Assembly (NCBI GenBank): GCA_963849325.1
Contig: CAWKHF010000004.1
Span: forward strand, 128,001 to 192,000
Length of the DNA: 64,000 nt
Reading direction: 5' to 3'
Origin: an uncultured Planctomycetota bacterium
Lineage (GTDB): Bacteria > Planctomycetota > Planctomycetia > Gemmatales > Gemmataceae
Shown here: one piece after another, positions 17,601-30,290 of the stretch
Layout of the letters: each line of letters begins with the position of its first letter
Position numbering within the stretch: the stretch's first letter is position 1
Translations under genes and position numbers: made by a program
Notes under the pieces: generated by a model
What the model was told of the DNA's origin: nothing
Databases searched by the model: none
What the model saw: the letters and a program-made list of their open reading frames with translations, nothing else

Positions 17601-19269
17601 GGGCCATGTAGGCGTCGGAGCTATCGGACGTGTTGGCGTCGCTGAATGAGGCGGTCAGGGTGGTGCTGTCCCCCTCCGCGGCGGGCGTCACTGTCACGCC
17701 GGCCCCGGAGAGCGACTGGTCCGCGACCGTCGCCGTGCTCGACACAGCGGCCGAACTGCCGCCCTGGTCCACGATGGTCACGCTGACGGGGTAGTGCCGC
17801 TTTCCGCGTAGGTATGGCTGCCGAGCACCGTGAAGGCGCTCGGCGAGCCGGTGACCGTGCCGCTCGTCGGCGTGGTGCCGTCGCCCCAGTCGATGGTGAC
17901 GGCGAAGTCGCCCGGCTGCCCATAGGGGTTGGCGTCCGTGAACGTCGCCACGCTGACATTGTTGGCGGCAACGTTCTCGATCGCGCTGATGTCCGTCGGC
18001 GATGCACTCAAGGGAGCATCAGCGACCTCGGCCAAGGTGCTGCCGGTAACCGTTGCGCCGCCGGACTCCTGTTCCGTAATCGTCACATTGACCTGGAAGG
18101 TGCCGTACTCCTTGTAGGTGTGGGTGCCGGACACACCAAAGCCGCCGCCGGCCTGAGCCGTCACGGTCCCAGACGTTCGAGCCTGTACCATCGCCCCAGT
18201 CGATGAGAGCCTGAAAATCATCGGGGGTACTGTAAGGGTCCGAATCGGTGAACGATGTGACCGGGACATCGGTGACAGCGGTCCCTTCCACGGCCCGAAT
18301 GAGCGGACTGACGGGGGTGCCGGGAAAGCCATCGTAAATCCCTTCCTCCCAGGCATCGAACGTCGTTCCCGACGCACTCAATCCCCCGCCGTCGGACGGG
18401 CTATCGGCGGGCTGGAGTTGGGACGCGGTTTGATGGCCCGTGCCGAGCAGTCTCGATTCGGGTCCACGGCTGTGTGGCGCCACCAGCTGCGTCGTCCCTT
18501 CCGTCGGCGCATGGTTCGCGGGATTGATCGCCGGCCCCGCGGAGGGCGAAGACGTCACCGGCTCTCCGTGGCCGCCCGCCGCCGGCGACGCCGACGAGAA
18601 CGCTCCCTGGAGAGCGAGAGCGGCTGTTTGGGCGAGTTGGCCCTGGGCAGGACCAGCACCCGAAGAGCCTCCGCCCGATGAACCTCCACCGCCTCCCGAA
18701 TTGGTGCTGGTACCGCCTGGAGCGCCCGATGCGCCGGCCAGCGCGGCATGGTCCGGGGGAAGCGGAGCAGGGGTCTTGCCAGCGCTGCCGCGTTCCTTAT
18801 TGCCAGGATGCCGGCCCCATTAGGATTGACCCACGGATCGGCGAGGATGTCGGTCGCTCCCCCATGTCCGAACGGGTTGGGGGTAAAGGGACGTTGCTGC
18901 TGTCCCGACAAGGTATCCTGCGACGGCGAGTTTTCCTTGCTCCCGACTTCGCCGTCGCTTCCGGATGACGGCGCATTCAGTCGCGCCAGCGTGCTGAAGA
19001 CCGCATCGGTGAGCGCCACGTCGCGCCCACCCAAGGCGAGCGCGGTTTCATCGTTGTCGTCCGGAGCGGGCGAATGGGACGGCTCCGGTTGGCTAGTCTC
19101 GGCCGGAGTATGGACCAAGGCCATCTGATCCAGCGAAGGGATAGTGAAAGAACCGGGCAAACTCCGATCTTCCAGTCGCTTCGACCCCCAGCCGTGTCCG
19201 CCGCGACCGGCGGACGGATATGGGGCTGAGATCGTCATACGCCGACAGGAGGTCGATACACTGGCTCAT
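14691..19269 (-). CDS. Large extracellular Ig/PKD-like repeat protein (10 DWGDG repeats), frameshifted and 3'-truncated by the IS
   Basis: RRTRLGVE/LEDRSLP N-terminal motif. ORF pieces 18555-19238, 18019-18558, 17778-18377 and 14662-17781 are collinear, and the last reads into the IS. Confidence 0.8.
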
Positions 19270-19751
19270 CCTCTCGCTGCCCCAAAGCCAAAAGGCCCGG
19301 ACCCGGCGGCACCTGTGCTCCGAGAGCTTGTGCCCAACGTCGAAAAGTGACGCGCGCGTGCTTGCGAAGCTGGTTGCGGAACATAGGTGGCGTCCATTCA
19401 AATGGAGTGGGTCGAAGCCCCGGAATCGTTCCATCCGAATGGGACGAGCGGAGCCATCGTCTTCAATCAGCAACGGAAAGTCAAGGTAAACCGCCTCGAT
19501 TCTTGCGCAACGCGCCGATCCCCCATGCCAAGCGGCACGGAATGGAACCGGCAGCTGATGCAGTCGCATTGTGAGTAAGAAGGGACGCTCTATCAAGGGG
19601 CGCTCTGGGGAAGCTTTGGGGCGCTTGGGGAAGCTCGGTTCGCCGCCTTCGGCACCATCAGTCGCCTGTGGCCACCGTTCTTGTCGTGGCGTAACATAGC
19701 GCGGCCGGCCTCTTGCCGGGCAACGGTGAAACACTTTATCGAGAGATCCCC

Positions 19752-22578
19752 ATGCACCCCAAAGCATACCGACGCATCGGCCCCATCGGACGACCTTGCG
19801 GGGCAGCGTTGGCCGCCCTGCTGATCCTGGGAGCGGCCGCGCGTGCGGCCGAGCCGTGGAGCGCTCTGATTAACCCGGACAACTCGCTGTCGTTCAGCAT
19901 CCGTCGCGGCGAGCAGTCGGTCTTCCGCCTGAGTCTCGGCGGCTGGGGACCGCACTGGGCCTGGGTGGGGATGCAGGCTCGGCAGAAGGCGGAGGGCGAT
20001 CGACTCTCGGTTCGCGTGCCCTTCGTCGTCAACAAGGACAAGGGCGAGGCGATCGACGTTCATTTCGAGGCGTGGCAACCGGCCGCCCGGCAGGTCGCCT
20101 TCCGCTACAACCTGAACGCGGCCCGAGACGTACACCTCACGCTGCTGATGGCCGGCGTCAACTTCGAGCGGCAAGGCAGCCAGGGTACGCTCACCCTGAC
20201 TCACGCCGACGGCAAACAGAGCAAACTCGGACTGCCCGTGCGCGGCATCCGCGCCGCCCCGGCCACGTCGCAGGCCGCGCTCGCCTTCGACAAGGGCGGC
20301 ACGGTCACGATGAAGATCGACCCGCCGTGTCCGATCACGTTTGACAACGGTATGCGTGTGGTGCTGGCGTCCGACGTGTTTCCCAAGGGCACGCGCCGCG
20401 TAACCCTGACACTGACCTTCCCGGAAGAGGTGGCCTTCTACGCCAGGCAGGCCGACCTCGATCGGTTCACCCGCACTCTGGCCGGTCCCGACTGGTTTGC
20501 CTTCCAGCCCTCGAAGGAGGTGACTCCGGGCGTCCTCGACATGAATAGCTGGCTTGAACGCCCCGCCGGCAAGCACGGCGGCGTCCGCATGGTCAAGGAT
20601 CGCTTCGCCTTCGAGGACGGCACGTCCGTCAAGTTCTGGGGCACGAACCTGTCCTACACCGCCAGCGCCCCGACAAGGAGACAGCGGACTTCACGGCCGC
20701 TCGCTTCGCCAAGTACGGCATCAACGCCGTGCGCATGCACAAGTTTTCCTACCCCAAGAATCAGATGGGCATTGGCGACCTCAACGACTCGACCCGCATG
20801 GACCCGCAAGGACTCGACCGGCTCGATTACTTCGTCTCTCGGCTGAAGGAGCATGGCGTGTACTTCGGCTGGTCGCATACGTATGGCTTTCGCGTCGTAC
20901 CCGGCGACCGCAAGCGGCTGGTGGCCTATGACGAGATCGCCAAGGAGCTCAAGGGCAACACCTACGCCTTCATCCACTTCGCCGACGACGTGCAGGACCT
21001 GATGATCGAGATGGTCGTGAACCTGCTCAAGCACAAGAACCCCTACACCGGCCGGACCTATGCCGACGAGCCGGCCCTGTGCTTCATCGAGCTGCAGAAT
21101 GAGGACGACATCTTCTTCTACACGTCCGAGAAGGCCTTCAACGCTTGTCCCACTTACAAGAAGCGTTTCATGGCCCGATTCGCGGCCTGGCTGAAGGAGC
21201 GGTATGGTTCGCAGGAGAAACTCCAGGCGGCCTGGGAAGGGGCGCTGCGCCCGACGAGACCCTGGCGGACGACAGCATCGTGCCGCAACTGAACCCGTGG
21301 TTCTTCGGCGACGATCATCTGCCGGGTCAGAAGGGCGGAGCGCGGCGGAGGCTGCTGGACACGGCCGCCTTCCTGCACGACGTTCAGGACCGCTTTTATA
21401 GTCGGTTCGTCAAGGCCATCCGCGAGGCCGGCTACCGCGGCCCTCTCAACGGTTCGCCCTGGCAGGCCCCGAGCATGGTTCCCCACTACTACAACCTGGA
21501 CTCCGATTACAAGGTCGGCTACATCGACCGGCACAACTATTTCGACGGGCAGGGGTCCGGCATGTTCGCTTCCATGCTCACCCGGCCAGGCAGCGGCTAT
21601 TTCAGCAGCGGCCTGCAGCAGGTGATCGATCGGCCGTTCGCTCTGTCGGAGTGGATCCACGTTTATCCGAATGTCTATGGCGCCGAAGGGCCGGCCATCC
21701 TGGCCGCCTACGGATTGGGCCTGCAAGGCTGGGACGCCTCGTATGAGTTCCAGTCCCAGGCGACGCGCCGGGTCTTCGGCAACATCGCCGGCCAATTTCC
21801 CTGGGGCGTCTGGGAGGCGGACGTGCCCACATCACTCGGTCAGTACCCAGCCCTGGCCCGCATGATCTTCCGCGGCGATGTCAAGGAGGCAGACGTGATC
21901 TCGGTGCGCCGGGTCAGCCCGGCCGACCTGGCCGAGGGCCGCTTCTCCTTCTCCGACAAGGTTGAGCAGCACGGCGACGTGAAATCGTTCGGCGGCAGTG
22001 TACCGCCGGAGGCACTGGCTGCGGGACGTGTCGTCGTGGAATTCACCGATAAATCCCAGTCCTCCCAGTTGCCGGACATGGACCGCTACCGCCGTGGCTC
22101 GGTCATTCGATCCGTAACGGGGCAACTCGCGTGGGACACCTCCGGTCGCGGCTTTTTCACGGTGAACACGGCGGGCACGAAGGCGGTCGTCGGGTTCGCG
22201 GGCGGCAAGGAGTTGACCCTGGGCGATGTGAAGGTCCGGCTCGACAGCCCGTTCGCCTCGCTCTTTCTCACCGCGCTGGACCGCGGGTCGGACCTCACCG
22301 ACGGCAAGCAGGCCCTGATCACGGTGCTGGCCCGCCAGAGTAATACCGGCTTCACCTACTTCGCGCCCGATCACAAAGTGCTCAATAATGGTCGGTCGCC
22401 GATTCTGCTGGAGCCGGTGAAGGCGACGGTGTCCATCGCGGGCCGGCCGGTCGCGGCGGTGAACATCCTCGATCACGACGGCCGCCGCACGGGCCGGACC
22501 TTGCCTGTGACAGAGGGCCGGTTCGTCCTCGATGGGGCGAAGGACAAGACCATTTATTACGAAGTGGTGTTTCGGTGA
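19752..22578 (+). CDS. Secreted glycoside hydrolase, GH5-like TIM barrel (two frameshifts)
   Basis: Signal-like N-terminus; VKFWGTNL, NAVRMHK, NPYTG...IELQNEDD, PFALSEW. Confidence 0.7.
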
Positions 22579-22699
22579 ACCGCCGGAACGTCATTGTACC
22601 GATCGTGGATTCTTGCCATGATAATCAGCGGTTCGCTCCGGCGTCCATCCGTCCGCTCTGCGCCGTTTGAAGAGTCGGTGCCCACTCCGGGAGTTCACC

Positions 22700-24023
22700 A
22701 TGCACAGCCCGACCGCCGCCTTGTGTACTCTCCTCTTCCTGGGTGGGGCCAACCCGCTCCCGTCTTCGGAGGAGCCGCGCGCCGTCATCGAACGGGCCTT
22801 GAAGGCGATGGGCGGGACGGAGGCGGTCCGGCGGCGCGTCGCAATCCGCATGAAGGTCAAGGGGGCCATGCATGGCAATGGCGGCCAACCCATCCCGCTC
22901 GACGGTACGCTGATGGAGTTCGATGCACGGTCCAAGCTGACGTTCCAGTCTGGAAATGCTGGGCACCAAGTCCCGGGCGACGATCGTGATCAACGGCGAC
23001 AAGTCGTGGGTCGAGGTGAATGGCCAGGTCAACGACTTCAGCAAGGAAGACCTCGATTCGCAGCGCGCGTCGCGGCATCAGGATCGCGTGACCGGGCTGA
23101 CGGCCCTACTGACGGACAAGGGCTTCACGTTCGCGCCGTTGCCCGATGTCCAGGTGGACGGCCGGCCCGCGCGGGGTCTGAAGGTGTCCTACAAGGGCCA
23201 GCCGGACACCAGCTTGTATTTCGACCGGGAGACGGGCCTGCTGGTCAAGTACGCTTACCGGGCGAAGATGAGCGGCGACGAGAAAGAAGCGCTGCACGAG
23301 ACCGTCCTGAGCGACTATCGCGAGCCGGACCTGGCGTCGGCCGACGAGAAGGTCCTGCGGCAGGCGAAGATCGACGGGACCGGGCCAGCCCTTTTGGATT
23401 TCATCCGCAAGCAGACGCCGAGCGCGGCTTCCCTGGATCGAGTGCGTTCCCTCATCCGTAAGCTGGGCGATGAGGACTTCAAGGTGCGCGAACAGGCGTC
23501 GGCCGACCTGGCGGCGCTCGGCGCCGTGGCCATTCCACTGTTGCGCGAGGCGGCGAAGAATGACGACCGCGAGGTCGCTCGCCGCGCCCGCGAGTGCTTG
23601 CAGCAGGTCGGCGAGCAGGCGGGCAAGGCGACGGTAGGCGCGGCGGTTCGTCTGCTGGGCCTGCGCCGGCCGGACGGGACCGCCGAGGTCCTGCTGAATT
23701 ACCTACCCGACGCCGATGCCGGTATCGCGGAGGACGTGCGTGCCGTGCTGTTTGCCATCGGCCAGCAGGAGGGCAAACCGGATCCTGCGCTGGTCGCGGC
23801 GCTGGAGGACAAGAACGCCCTACGCCGGGCGGCGGCGCGGGCCGCTCTCGGCAAGGACGGCGGTATTTACGCTCGTCAGCCGGGCCGACGGCTCTTTCTC
23901 CGCCCGCACAAGATTTCCCTGAAGCACCGCAGCTGGATTGACGGCAAGCTGCAAATGGAGTTGGAGAGTTCGGACTATCAGTATTTCAACGCTTTCGAGG
24001 ACAAGGTATTCGCCAAGCCGTGA
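22700..24023 (+). CDS. Exported protein with HEAT-repeat insertion (one frameshift)
   Basis: RAVIERALKAMGG; LIRKLGDEDFKVREQAS HEAT motif; ends FAKP. Confidence 0.65.
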
Positions 24024-24077
24024 CGTGTACACGCGGCCCCTCGCGGGCGCTGGGGGCTTGCTACACAGGAGGTAGTC

Positions 24078-24827
24078 ATGCGCACGCTCCTCGTTTCGAC
24101 ATGGACTGTCGCGTTGGTGTTCGGCGGGACCGGCCCGGCCGTAGCACAGGATGCTGCTCGCGCCGTCATCGAGCGGGCCGTCCTCGCTCACGGCGGCGAG
24201 GAGGCGCTGGCCCGCAATCGCGCCGAGAAGGTCAAGTTCAAGGGCAGCCTGGTCCTCCGCGGCCATAGCGTTCCGTTCCTCGCCGAGACGACCGTGCAAC
24301 TGCCCGCACAATACAAGTACGTCCTGGAATTGAATGACGGGACCAACAAGACCACCATCCTTCACGTCATCAACGGCGACAAGGTGTACGTGACGATCAA
24401 CGGCGAGGCGCAGAAGCTGGAGGCGGCAGCCCAGTCGGAAATTCGTACCGGCATGGAAGTGGAGCGGGCCAAGCGCCTGCTGCCGCTGCTGGAAGATAAG
24501 AGTTACCAGCTGGCCGTGCTGGACGAGATCAAAGTCAACGACCGTCCGGCCGTCGGCGTCCGCGTGACCGGCCGCGGCCGCAAGGAGTTGCGTCTGTATT
24601 TTGACAAGGAGGTCGGCCTGCTGGTGCGGGCCGAGTTCGCCCTGGACGATGGCAAGGGCAAGTCGGTGCGCCAGCACTACTTTTTCGGCGACTACAAAGA
24701 CATCGGCGGCTGCAAACGCTTCACGAAAGTCAAGGCATACCGCGACGGCAAGCTTATCATGGAGGCCGAACTGCTCGATGCCCGGACTTTCGAGAAGATC
24801 GACGAGACCGAGTTCGCCAAACCGTGA
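24078..24827 (+). CDS. Exported hypothetical protein, paralog of the upstream gene
   Basis: AGGAGG RBS, signal peptide, RAVIERAVLAHGG, LYFDKEVGLL, ends FAKP. Confidence 0.75.
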   Translation: MRTLLVSTWTVALVFGGTGPAVAQDAARAVIERAVLAHGGEEALARNRAEKVKFKGSLVLRGHSVPFLAETTVQLPAQYKYVLELNDGTNKTTILHVINGDKVYVTINGEAQKLEAAAQSEIRTGMEVERAKRLLPLLEDKSYQLAVLDEIKVNDRPAVGVRVTGRGRKELRLYFDKEVGLLVRAEFALDDGKGKSVRQHYFFGDYKDIGGCKRFTKVKAYRDGKLIMEAELLDARTFEKIDETEFAKP

Positions 24828-25851
24828 GCGAAGCGAGTGGGGAGGAGCATGCGTTTTTTCATCGTGGGTCGAAGCGAGGCGGGTCGGCCGGTCGGCGATT
24901 GTCTGTGCGCCCGTCTGTCGCTGCCGCGTCCTGCCGTGCGACGACTGTTGCGCAACAGCAGGTGCGCGTCAATGGCACTCCCTGCGTCGATCCTCAGCGT
25001 CGTCTCCAGCGCGGTCAGCGCGTGCAGGTGCGCCTGCCCAAGACCGTTTCACGATCCGACAAATCCACCTTTCGTCCTCCGGCTGCGCCATCCCCGTCAC
25101 GCGGGCCGCGCCGGTCCTCCGCTACGTCGATGAGTACCTCGTCGTCGTCGAGAAGCCGGCCGGACTGACGACGATGCGCCACGCCGAGGAAGCCGCCGAG
25201 TTTGGCCGTCGGGCCAGGCGTTTCTTGCCGCCGACTCTGGCCGATCTGCTGCCGGACCTGCTAGCGCGACGGTCCTCGCAACGGAAGACGACCGTGCGTG
25301 CGGTGCATCGGCTCGACAAGGAGACGAGCGGCCTGGTGGTGTTCGCGCGGACGGCCGAAGCCGAGCGCCATCTCGGCCGACAGTTCCGTGCGCACACGAT
25401 CGAGCGTCAATACCTGGCGCTGGTGCGCGGTCGGGCGAAGGACGCCCGCATTGAGTCGTGGCTGGTGCGCGACCGCGGCGATGGCCGCCGCGGCAGTTCG
25501 GCCGCGCCGAGCGAAGGACAACGGGCCGTCACCAACGTCCGCGTCGTCGAAGCGCTGGGCGATTACACGTTGGTCGAATGCCGGCTGGAGACCGGCCGAA
25601 CGCATCAGGTGCGCATCCACCTGGGCGAAGCCGGCACGCCGCTGTGCGGCGAACGCATCTACGACCGGCCGTTGCATGGCAAGCCACTGCCCGACGACAG
25701 CGACATCGACCGCGTCGCCCTGCACGCGGCGCTGCTGGGGTTTGAGCATCCCGCCACCGGCGAACGCATGCGTTGGACCTCGACACTGCCCAGGGACATG
25801 ACCGCTCTCGTGCGCCGTCTCCAAAAGAGGACGCGGAGGAACACGGAGTAG
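24824..25851 (+). CDS. RluA-family pseudouridine synthase (N-terminal S4-like part frameshifted)
   Basis: VEKPAGL, VHRLDKETSG, LETGRTHQVRIH, LHA. Confidence 0.9.
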
Positions 25852-25914
25852 ACGGATTGTCACGGATCGGATTCCGCGACAATCCGTCTACTCCGTGTTC
25901 CTCCGCGTCCTCTT
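25825..25914. repeat. Perfect 37-bp inverted repeat (REP-like hairpin / bidirectional terminator)
   Basis: AAGAGGACGCGGAGGAACACGGAGTAGACGGATTGTC and its reverse complement between convergent genes. Confidence 0.9.
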
Positions 25915-25927
25915 CGGACCATTTCGG

Positions 25928-26640
25928 TCAGTCTTCCAAGCCCAAGTCGCGTAGCGATTGGGCGCGGAGAAGGGCCTTTCCCAGGACCGTCAACCGCTCC
26001 ACCGGCAATTGCTGCAAGCGCTCCTGCACTGTCACTGACAGGCGCCAAACCGCTCTTCCAACTGTCCCTGGAGTAACTCGCGGCATCCTTTTTCGATGCC
26101 TTTCTCAATGCCCTTTTCAATTCCTTTCTCATACCAGGTCGTGTTCATGGCTCGGACTCCTTGATACGGCTCGGTCGTGACCAACTTGTGAAACTCGCAC
26201 TGCTGCTGCTCATCGAGCGGCAGATAGGCTTGCACGCACTCGCCCAAAAGAAATCGTTGCTGTCCCGTCAACGGTGCTTCCTGAATTCGCCGCAACGCCT
26301 CGGCGCCCAGCCATGCCATGCGCTCGCGTGGAATGCGCATCAGCGCCGCCAGGGCCACGCCCAGCCAGTTGTCTCCTTGCACGTATTGTACCCCGTCCAG
26401 CGCCGGCAGACCGACGTACAAATACTCGAAATGCACCGGTCGTAACTCCCAGAAGTGCTCTTCGTACACGTCGATACCGACGCCGTTCAAGCCGACCTGC
26501 AAGAACAGGCCGATGGGCAATACCGGCAATCCATGCTTGTCGCGGAGGTTGACGTACGAGTGAAACATCCGCGGTCGCAGCGGCGCGGCCTTGTCGGGCG
26601 ACTCGAGTAGAAGGCGCTTCACGGAAACGAAACCTTCCAT
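25928..26640 (-). pseudogene. Rpn/DUF4351-like protein, N-terminally truncated and frameshifted
   Basis: RMFHSY...PVLPI, (EKGI)3 repeat, LEERFG and a ...SLRDLGLED tail in another frame. Confidence 0.6.
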
Positions 26641-26652
26641 TATGATGGCCGT

Positions 26653-26877
26653 ATGAATGCCGAAGCACTTCGGAAACTGTTAAGCGTCCGCCCGTTCGAG
26701 CCGGTCGAGGTCGAATTGTCGAGCGGCCAGGTATTCGCCATCAAGCATCCCGAGACCGTTATCGTGCTCAATAACACGCTGGTCGTCGCGGACCCGGAAA
26801 CGGAAACGGTGCAGTGGACTTCCCTGGTCCATGTCGTCGCCGTTCGCCGCCGGCAGGTGTCATTACCCTCCTCTTGA
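26653..26877 (+). CDS. Small hypothetical protein
   Basis: RPFEPVEVELSSGQVFAIKHPE. Confidence 0.7.
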   Translation: MNAEALRKLLSVRPFEPVEVELSSGQVFAIKHPETVIVLNNTLVVADPETETVQWTSLVHVVAVRRRQVSLPSS

Positions 26878-26942
26878 AGCCTCCTGCCGTGAGCGATACG
26901 GTGACGAACGTTCCTTGTTCGTCTCCCAGCCGAGGTTCCGCC

Positions 26943-29238
26943 ATGACCATGCTCTGCCGTCTTTTCCTCGCCCTCGGATTTCTCGTTCTCTCCCGCGCCG
27001 CCACCGCCGCCGAACTGCCGAAGGTCAAGGTCGAGCGACAGCCCTTGGCCTCCCAGGCACGGCGCATCGCCGAGGCCCTGGCTTTGCTCGGCGAACCGCT
27101 GTCCGATGCCGACCGTAAGGCCATCCTCGACGCCGCTACCTCCGCCGACGAGGATAAGGCCATCGCCACCATCCAGGACGTCCTCGACAAGCACTGCCTG
27201 GCGAGCGTCCGCATCACATCGGACAAGAAACTGCAAACGCAAGCCGGCCCGGCGAAACCGCAACTCGCCGAGCAGGGCTGGCGCGTTTTCCTCGTTAAGG
27301 TCCACAACGAGCCGAGCCTGAGCCGTGTTGAGCTGACCGTGCGCAGCCCCAACGCCCTGCCCTTGTCGAAGCGTTCCAGTGGCAAACCCGATCCCAAAGT
27401 CGTTTCCGTCGGCGAGGTCGGCAAACGCTTTCTCGACCTGATGATGTACAACAACCAGCCGCTGCTCCGTGACCTATCGAGCCTGGAACTGGAGTATCGC
27501 ATCGTCCAGATCTATTGCCGCGATTCCGGCCGCAAGGAGGCATCGCTGCTTTTCGACGTGAAGGACGGCAAGAAGGTCGTCGCGTCCGGTGAGCCGCTGC
27601 GCGTGGACTTCGAGTCCGCCCCCGCCGTGCTGGTACGCCTGCGCGTGCAGGACCACGACGGCCGGACGCGGCGGGACGGTCGGCCGATCATGGCCGCCTT
27701 CACCTTCACCGACCGTCTCGGCCGCATCTATCCATCGCCGAGCCGTCGTCTCGCTCCCGACTTCAATTTCCATTTCCAGATCTACCGGGCCGATGGCGAG
27801 ACCATCGCCTTGCAGCCGGGGCCGTACACCGTCACCTTCACGCGCGGTCCCGAATATCTCGTCCAGCAAAAGACGATCACCGTTCCGGCTGGCGTCACAC
27901 ACGACGAGGCGTTCCACCTGAAGCGCTGGATTCATCCCGCGGCGAAGGGCTGGTACTCCGGCGATCACCACATTCACGCGGCGGGCTGTTCCCATTACGA
28001 GAGTCCCACCGAGGGCGTCACGCCGGAGGACATGATGCGCCACGTCCTCGGCGAAGACCTCAACGTCGGCTGCTGCCTCAGCTGGGGTCCGTGCTGGTAC
28101 CACCAAAAACGCTACTTCGAGGGTAAGGTCAATCCGCTGTCCACGGCCAGCCACCTGCTCCGCTACGACGTTGAGGTATCCGGCTTCCCGTCGAGCCATT
28201 GCGGTCACATCTGCCTGCTGCGGCTGCGCGAGCAGGACTATCCGGGCACCAAGCTCATCAATGATTGGCCAAGCTGGGACTTGCCGATTTTCCGCTGGGC
28301 CAAGGGACAGGGCGCCGTTGTCGGCTTCGCCCACAGTGGTTGGGGGCTGGACGTGGGGCCGATCGAGGAGCTGCCCAACTACGTCATTCCGCCCATGTCG
28401 GGCATTGGCGCCAATGAATACATTGTCGATGTCACACAGGGCACGTGCGATTTCATCTCGACGGTGGATACGCCGGCGGTTTGGGAGCTGAACATCTGGT
28501 ATCACACGCTCAACTGCGGCTATCGCTGCCGCGTCAGCGGCGAGACAGACTTTCCTTGCATCTACGGCGAGCGTGTCGGCCTGGGACGCAGTTACGTCCG
28601 CCTCGACGGCAAGCTCGACTTCGACGCCTGGACCGAGGGCGTCAAGCGCGGCCGCTGCTACGTCAGCGACGGCAAGAGCCATCTGATGGACTTCACCGTC
28701 AACGGCCTGGGCGTCGGCGAGAAGGACAGCGAAATCAAGCTGGTCGAGCCGGGCGAGGTCGAAATCAAGGCGAAGGTCGCGGCCCTGCTGGAGCCGAAGC
28801 CGACGCCGGCGACCGAGCACATCCGCAAGGCGCCGCTGAACGTCAAGCCGTACTGGGACGTCGAACGCGCCCGCCTCGGCGATACGCGGCACGGTGCCGG
28901 TCGAGGTCGTGGTCAGTGGCCAGGCGGTCGCCCGCAAGGAGATCGTCGCTGACGGTTCGGAACAGGACGTGACGTTCCGCGTACCGATCAAGGCGAGCAG
29001 CTGGGTCGCCCTGCGCATCTTCCCGTCGAGTCACACGAACCCGGTTTTCGTGCTGGTCGGCGACAAGCCGATCCGGGCCAGCAAGCGCTCGGTCGAGTGG
29101 TGTCTGAAGGCGGTGGACAAGTGCTGGGAGCAGAAGAAGCCACACATCCGCAAGACAGAGCTGGCCGCCGCCGAGGAGGCTTACGAGCAGGCGCGGGCGG
29201 CGTACAAGAAGATCCTGGCCGAAACCACGCAGGAGTGA
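26943..29238 (+). CDS. CehA/McbA-family (PHP-like) metallohydrolase (one frameshift near 28890)
   Basis: WYSGDHHIH, GFAHSGWG, SGETDFPC, GRCYVSDG, SHTNPVFV. Confidence 0.8.
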
Positions 29239-29254
29239 ATGAGGAACGCCTGTC

Positions 29255-30163
29255 ATGTTGGTCCTGCGCGGTCATACGGGGCCGGTACGTTGTTTGGCGT
29301 ATTCGCCGGACGGCAGAACTCTTGCCTCAGGCAGCGATGATGGAAAGGTCAAGCTCTGGTATTTGCATTCCGGACGTCAACGACGCTCTCTCTCTATCGA
29401 TACCTGGTACCACAAAAAAGACTGGGTGCGTGCGTTGGCCTTCGCCCCTGACGGAAAGACGTTGGCCGCAGGCGACTGGGAGGGCCGCATCCGTCTGTGG
29501 GGTTTCAACAGCGAGAGCCGATTCTTGCGAGCGGGGGAGGGGAAACACATCTGGTGCAACACGAGGGAAGGTCTTTGGTCGATGGCATTTTCTCCAGACG
29601 GTTTATCGCTCGCGGTCGGACGGAGTACCGGAGAAGTGGGACTGTACTGGATACGCGATGCCGACAAGCCGCGAATCTTGCACGAACACGAATGGCCGGT
29701 CAATGCGGTCGTGTACTCGCCCGACGGCCGCATCCTCGCTACAGGTGGCCACGACCGCACTGTCCGGCTTTGGGACGCCGCCTGGGGCCGCCATCAGAAC
29801 GTCCTCGCGGAACTTACCGATTGGGTTCGCTGCTTGGCCTTTTCTCCTGATGGCCGAATTCTCGTCTCCGGCGGTGATGATGCAAGGATTCACCTCTGGA
29901 ATGTGGACGATGGCAAGGAAAAATCCGTCTTCATCGGCCATACCGCCTCTGTACGCCAGATCGCTTTCACGCCGGACGGGCGGACGCTGACCTCGGCGAG
30001 CTGGGACGAGACCGTGCGCGTCTGGGATGTGTCAACGGGTTGTCAGCGGACGGCATTCGACTGGAAGATCGGTCGCGTTCACTGCGTCGCGCTGTCTCCC
30101 GATGGCATGACCGCGGCCGCCGGCGGACACGATCACTCCATCGTCGTCTGGGACGTCGAATAA
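29255..30163 (+). CDS. WD40-repeat protein
   Basis: Repeated GH...SPDG...LWD units. Confidence 0.9.
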   Translation: MLVLRGHTGPVRCLAYSPDGRTLASGSDDGKVKLWYLHSGRQRRSLSIDTWYHKKDWVRALAFAPDGKTLAAGDWEGRIRLWGFNSESRFLRAGEGKHIWCNTREGLWSMAFSPDGLSLAVGRSTGEVGLYWIRDADKPRILHEHEWPVNAVVYSPDGRILATGGHDRTVRLWDAAWGRHQNVLAELTDWVRCLAFSPDGRILVSGGDDARIHLWNVDDGKEKSVFIGHTASVRQIAFTPDGRTLTSASWDETVRVWDVSTGCQRTAFDWKIGRVHCVALSPDGMTAAAGGHDHSIVVWDVE

Positions 30164-30290
30164 AAGTTCTGAGTTCTGAGTTCTGAGTTCTGAGTGAAAA
30201 ACGACGCCGGGGCGTCAGCGAGGGATAACCCCATTCGCGGACGCCCCGGCTTTCTTACTCAGAACTCAGAACTCAGAACTCAGAACTTTT
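30162..30290. repeat. Heptamer-armed inverted repeat: (AGTTCTG)4 ... (CAGAACT)4 with an inner GC hairpin
   Basis: Directly visible between convergent genes. Confidence 0.9.

Noticed and set aside
30162-30290. Heptamer tandem repeats as CRISPR or iterons
   Set aside because: No spacers; they form inverted arms of a hairpin between convergent genes.
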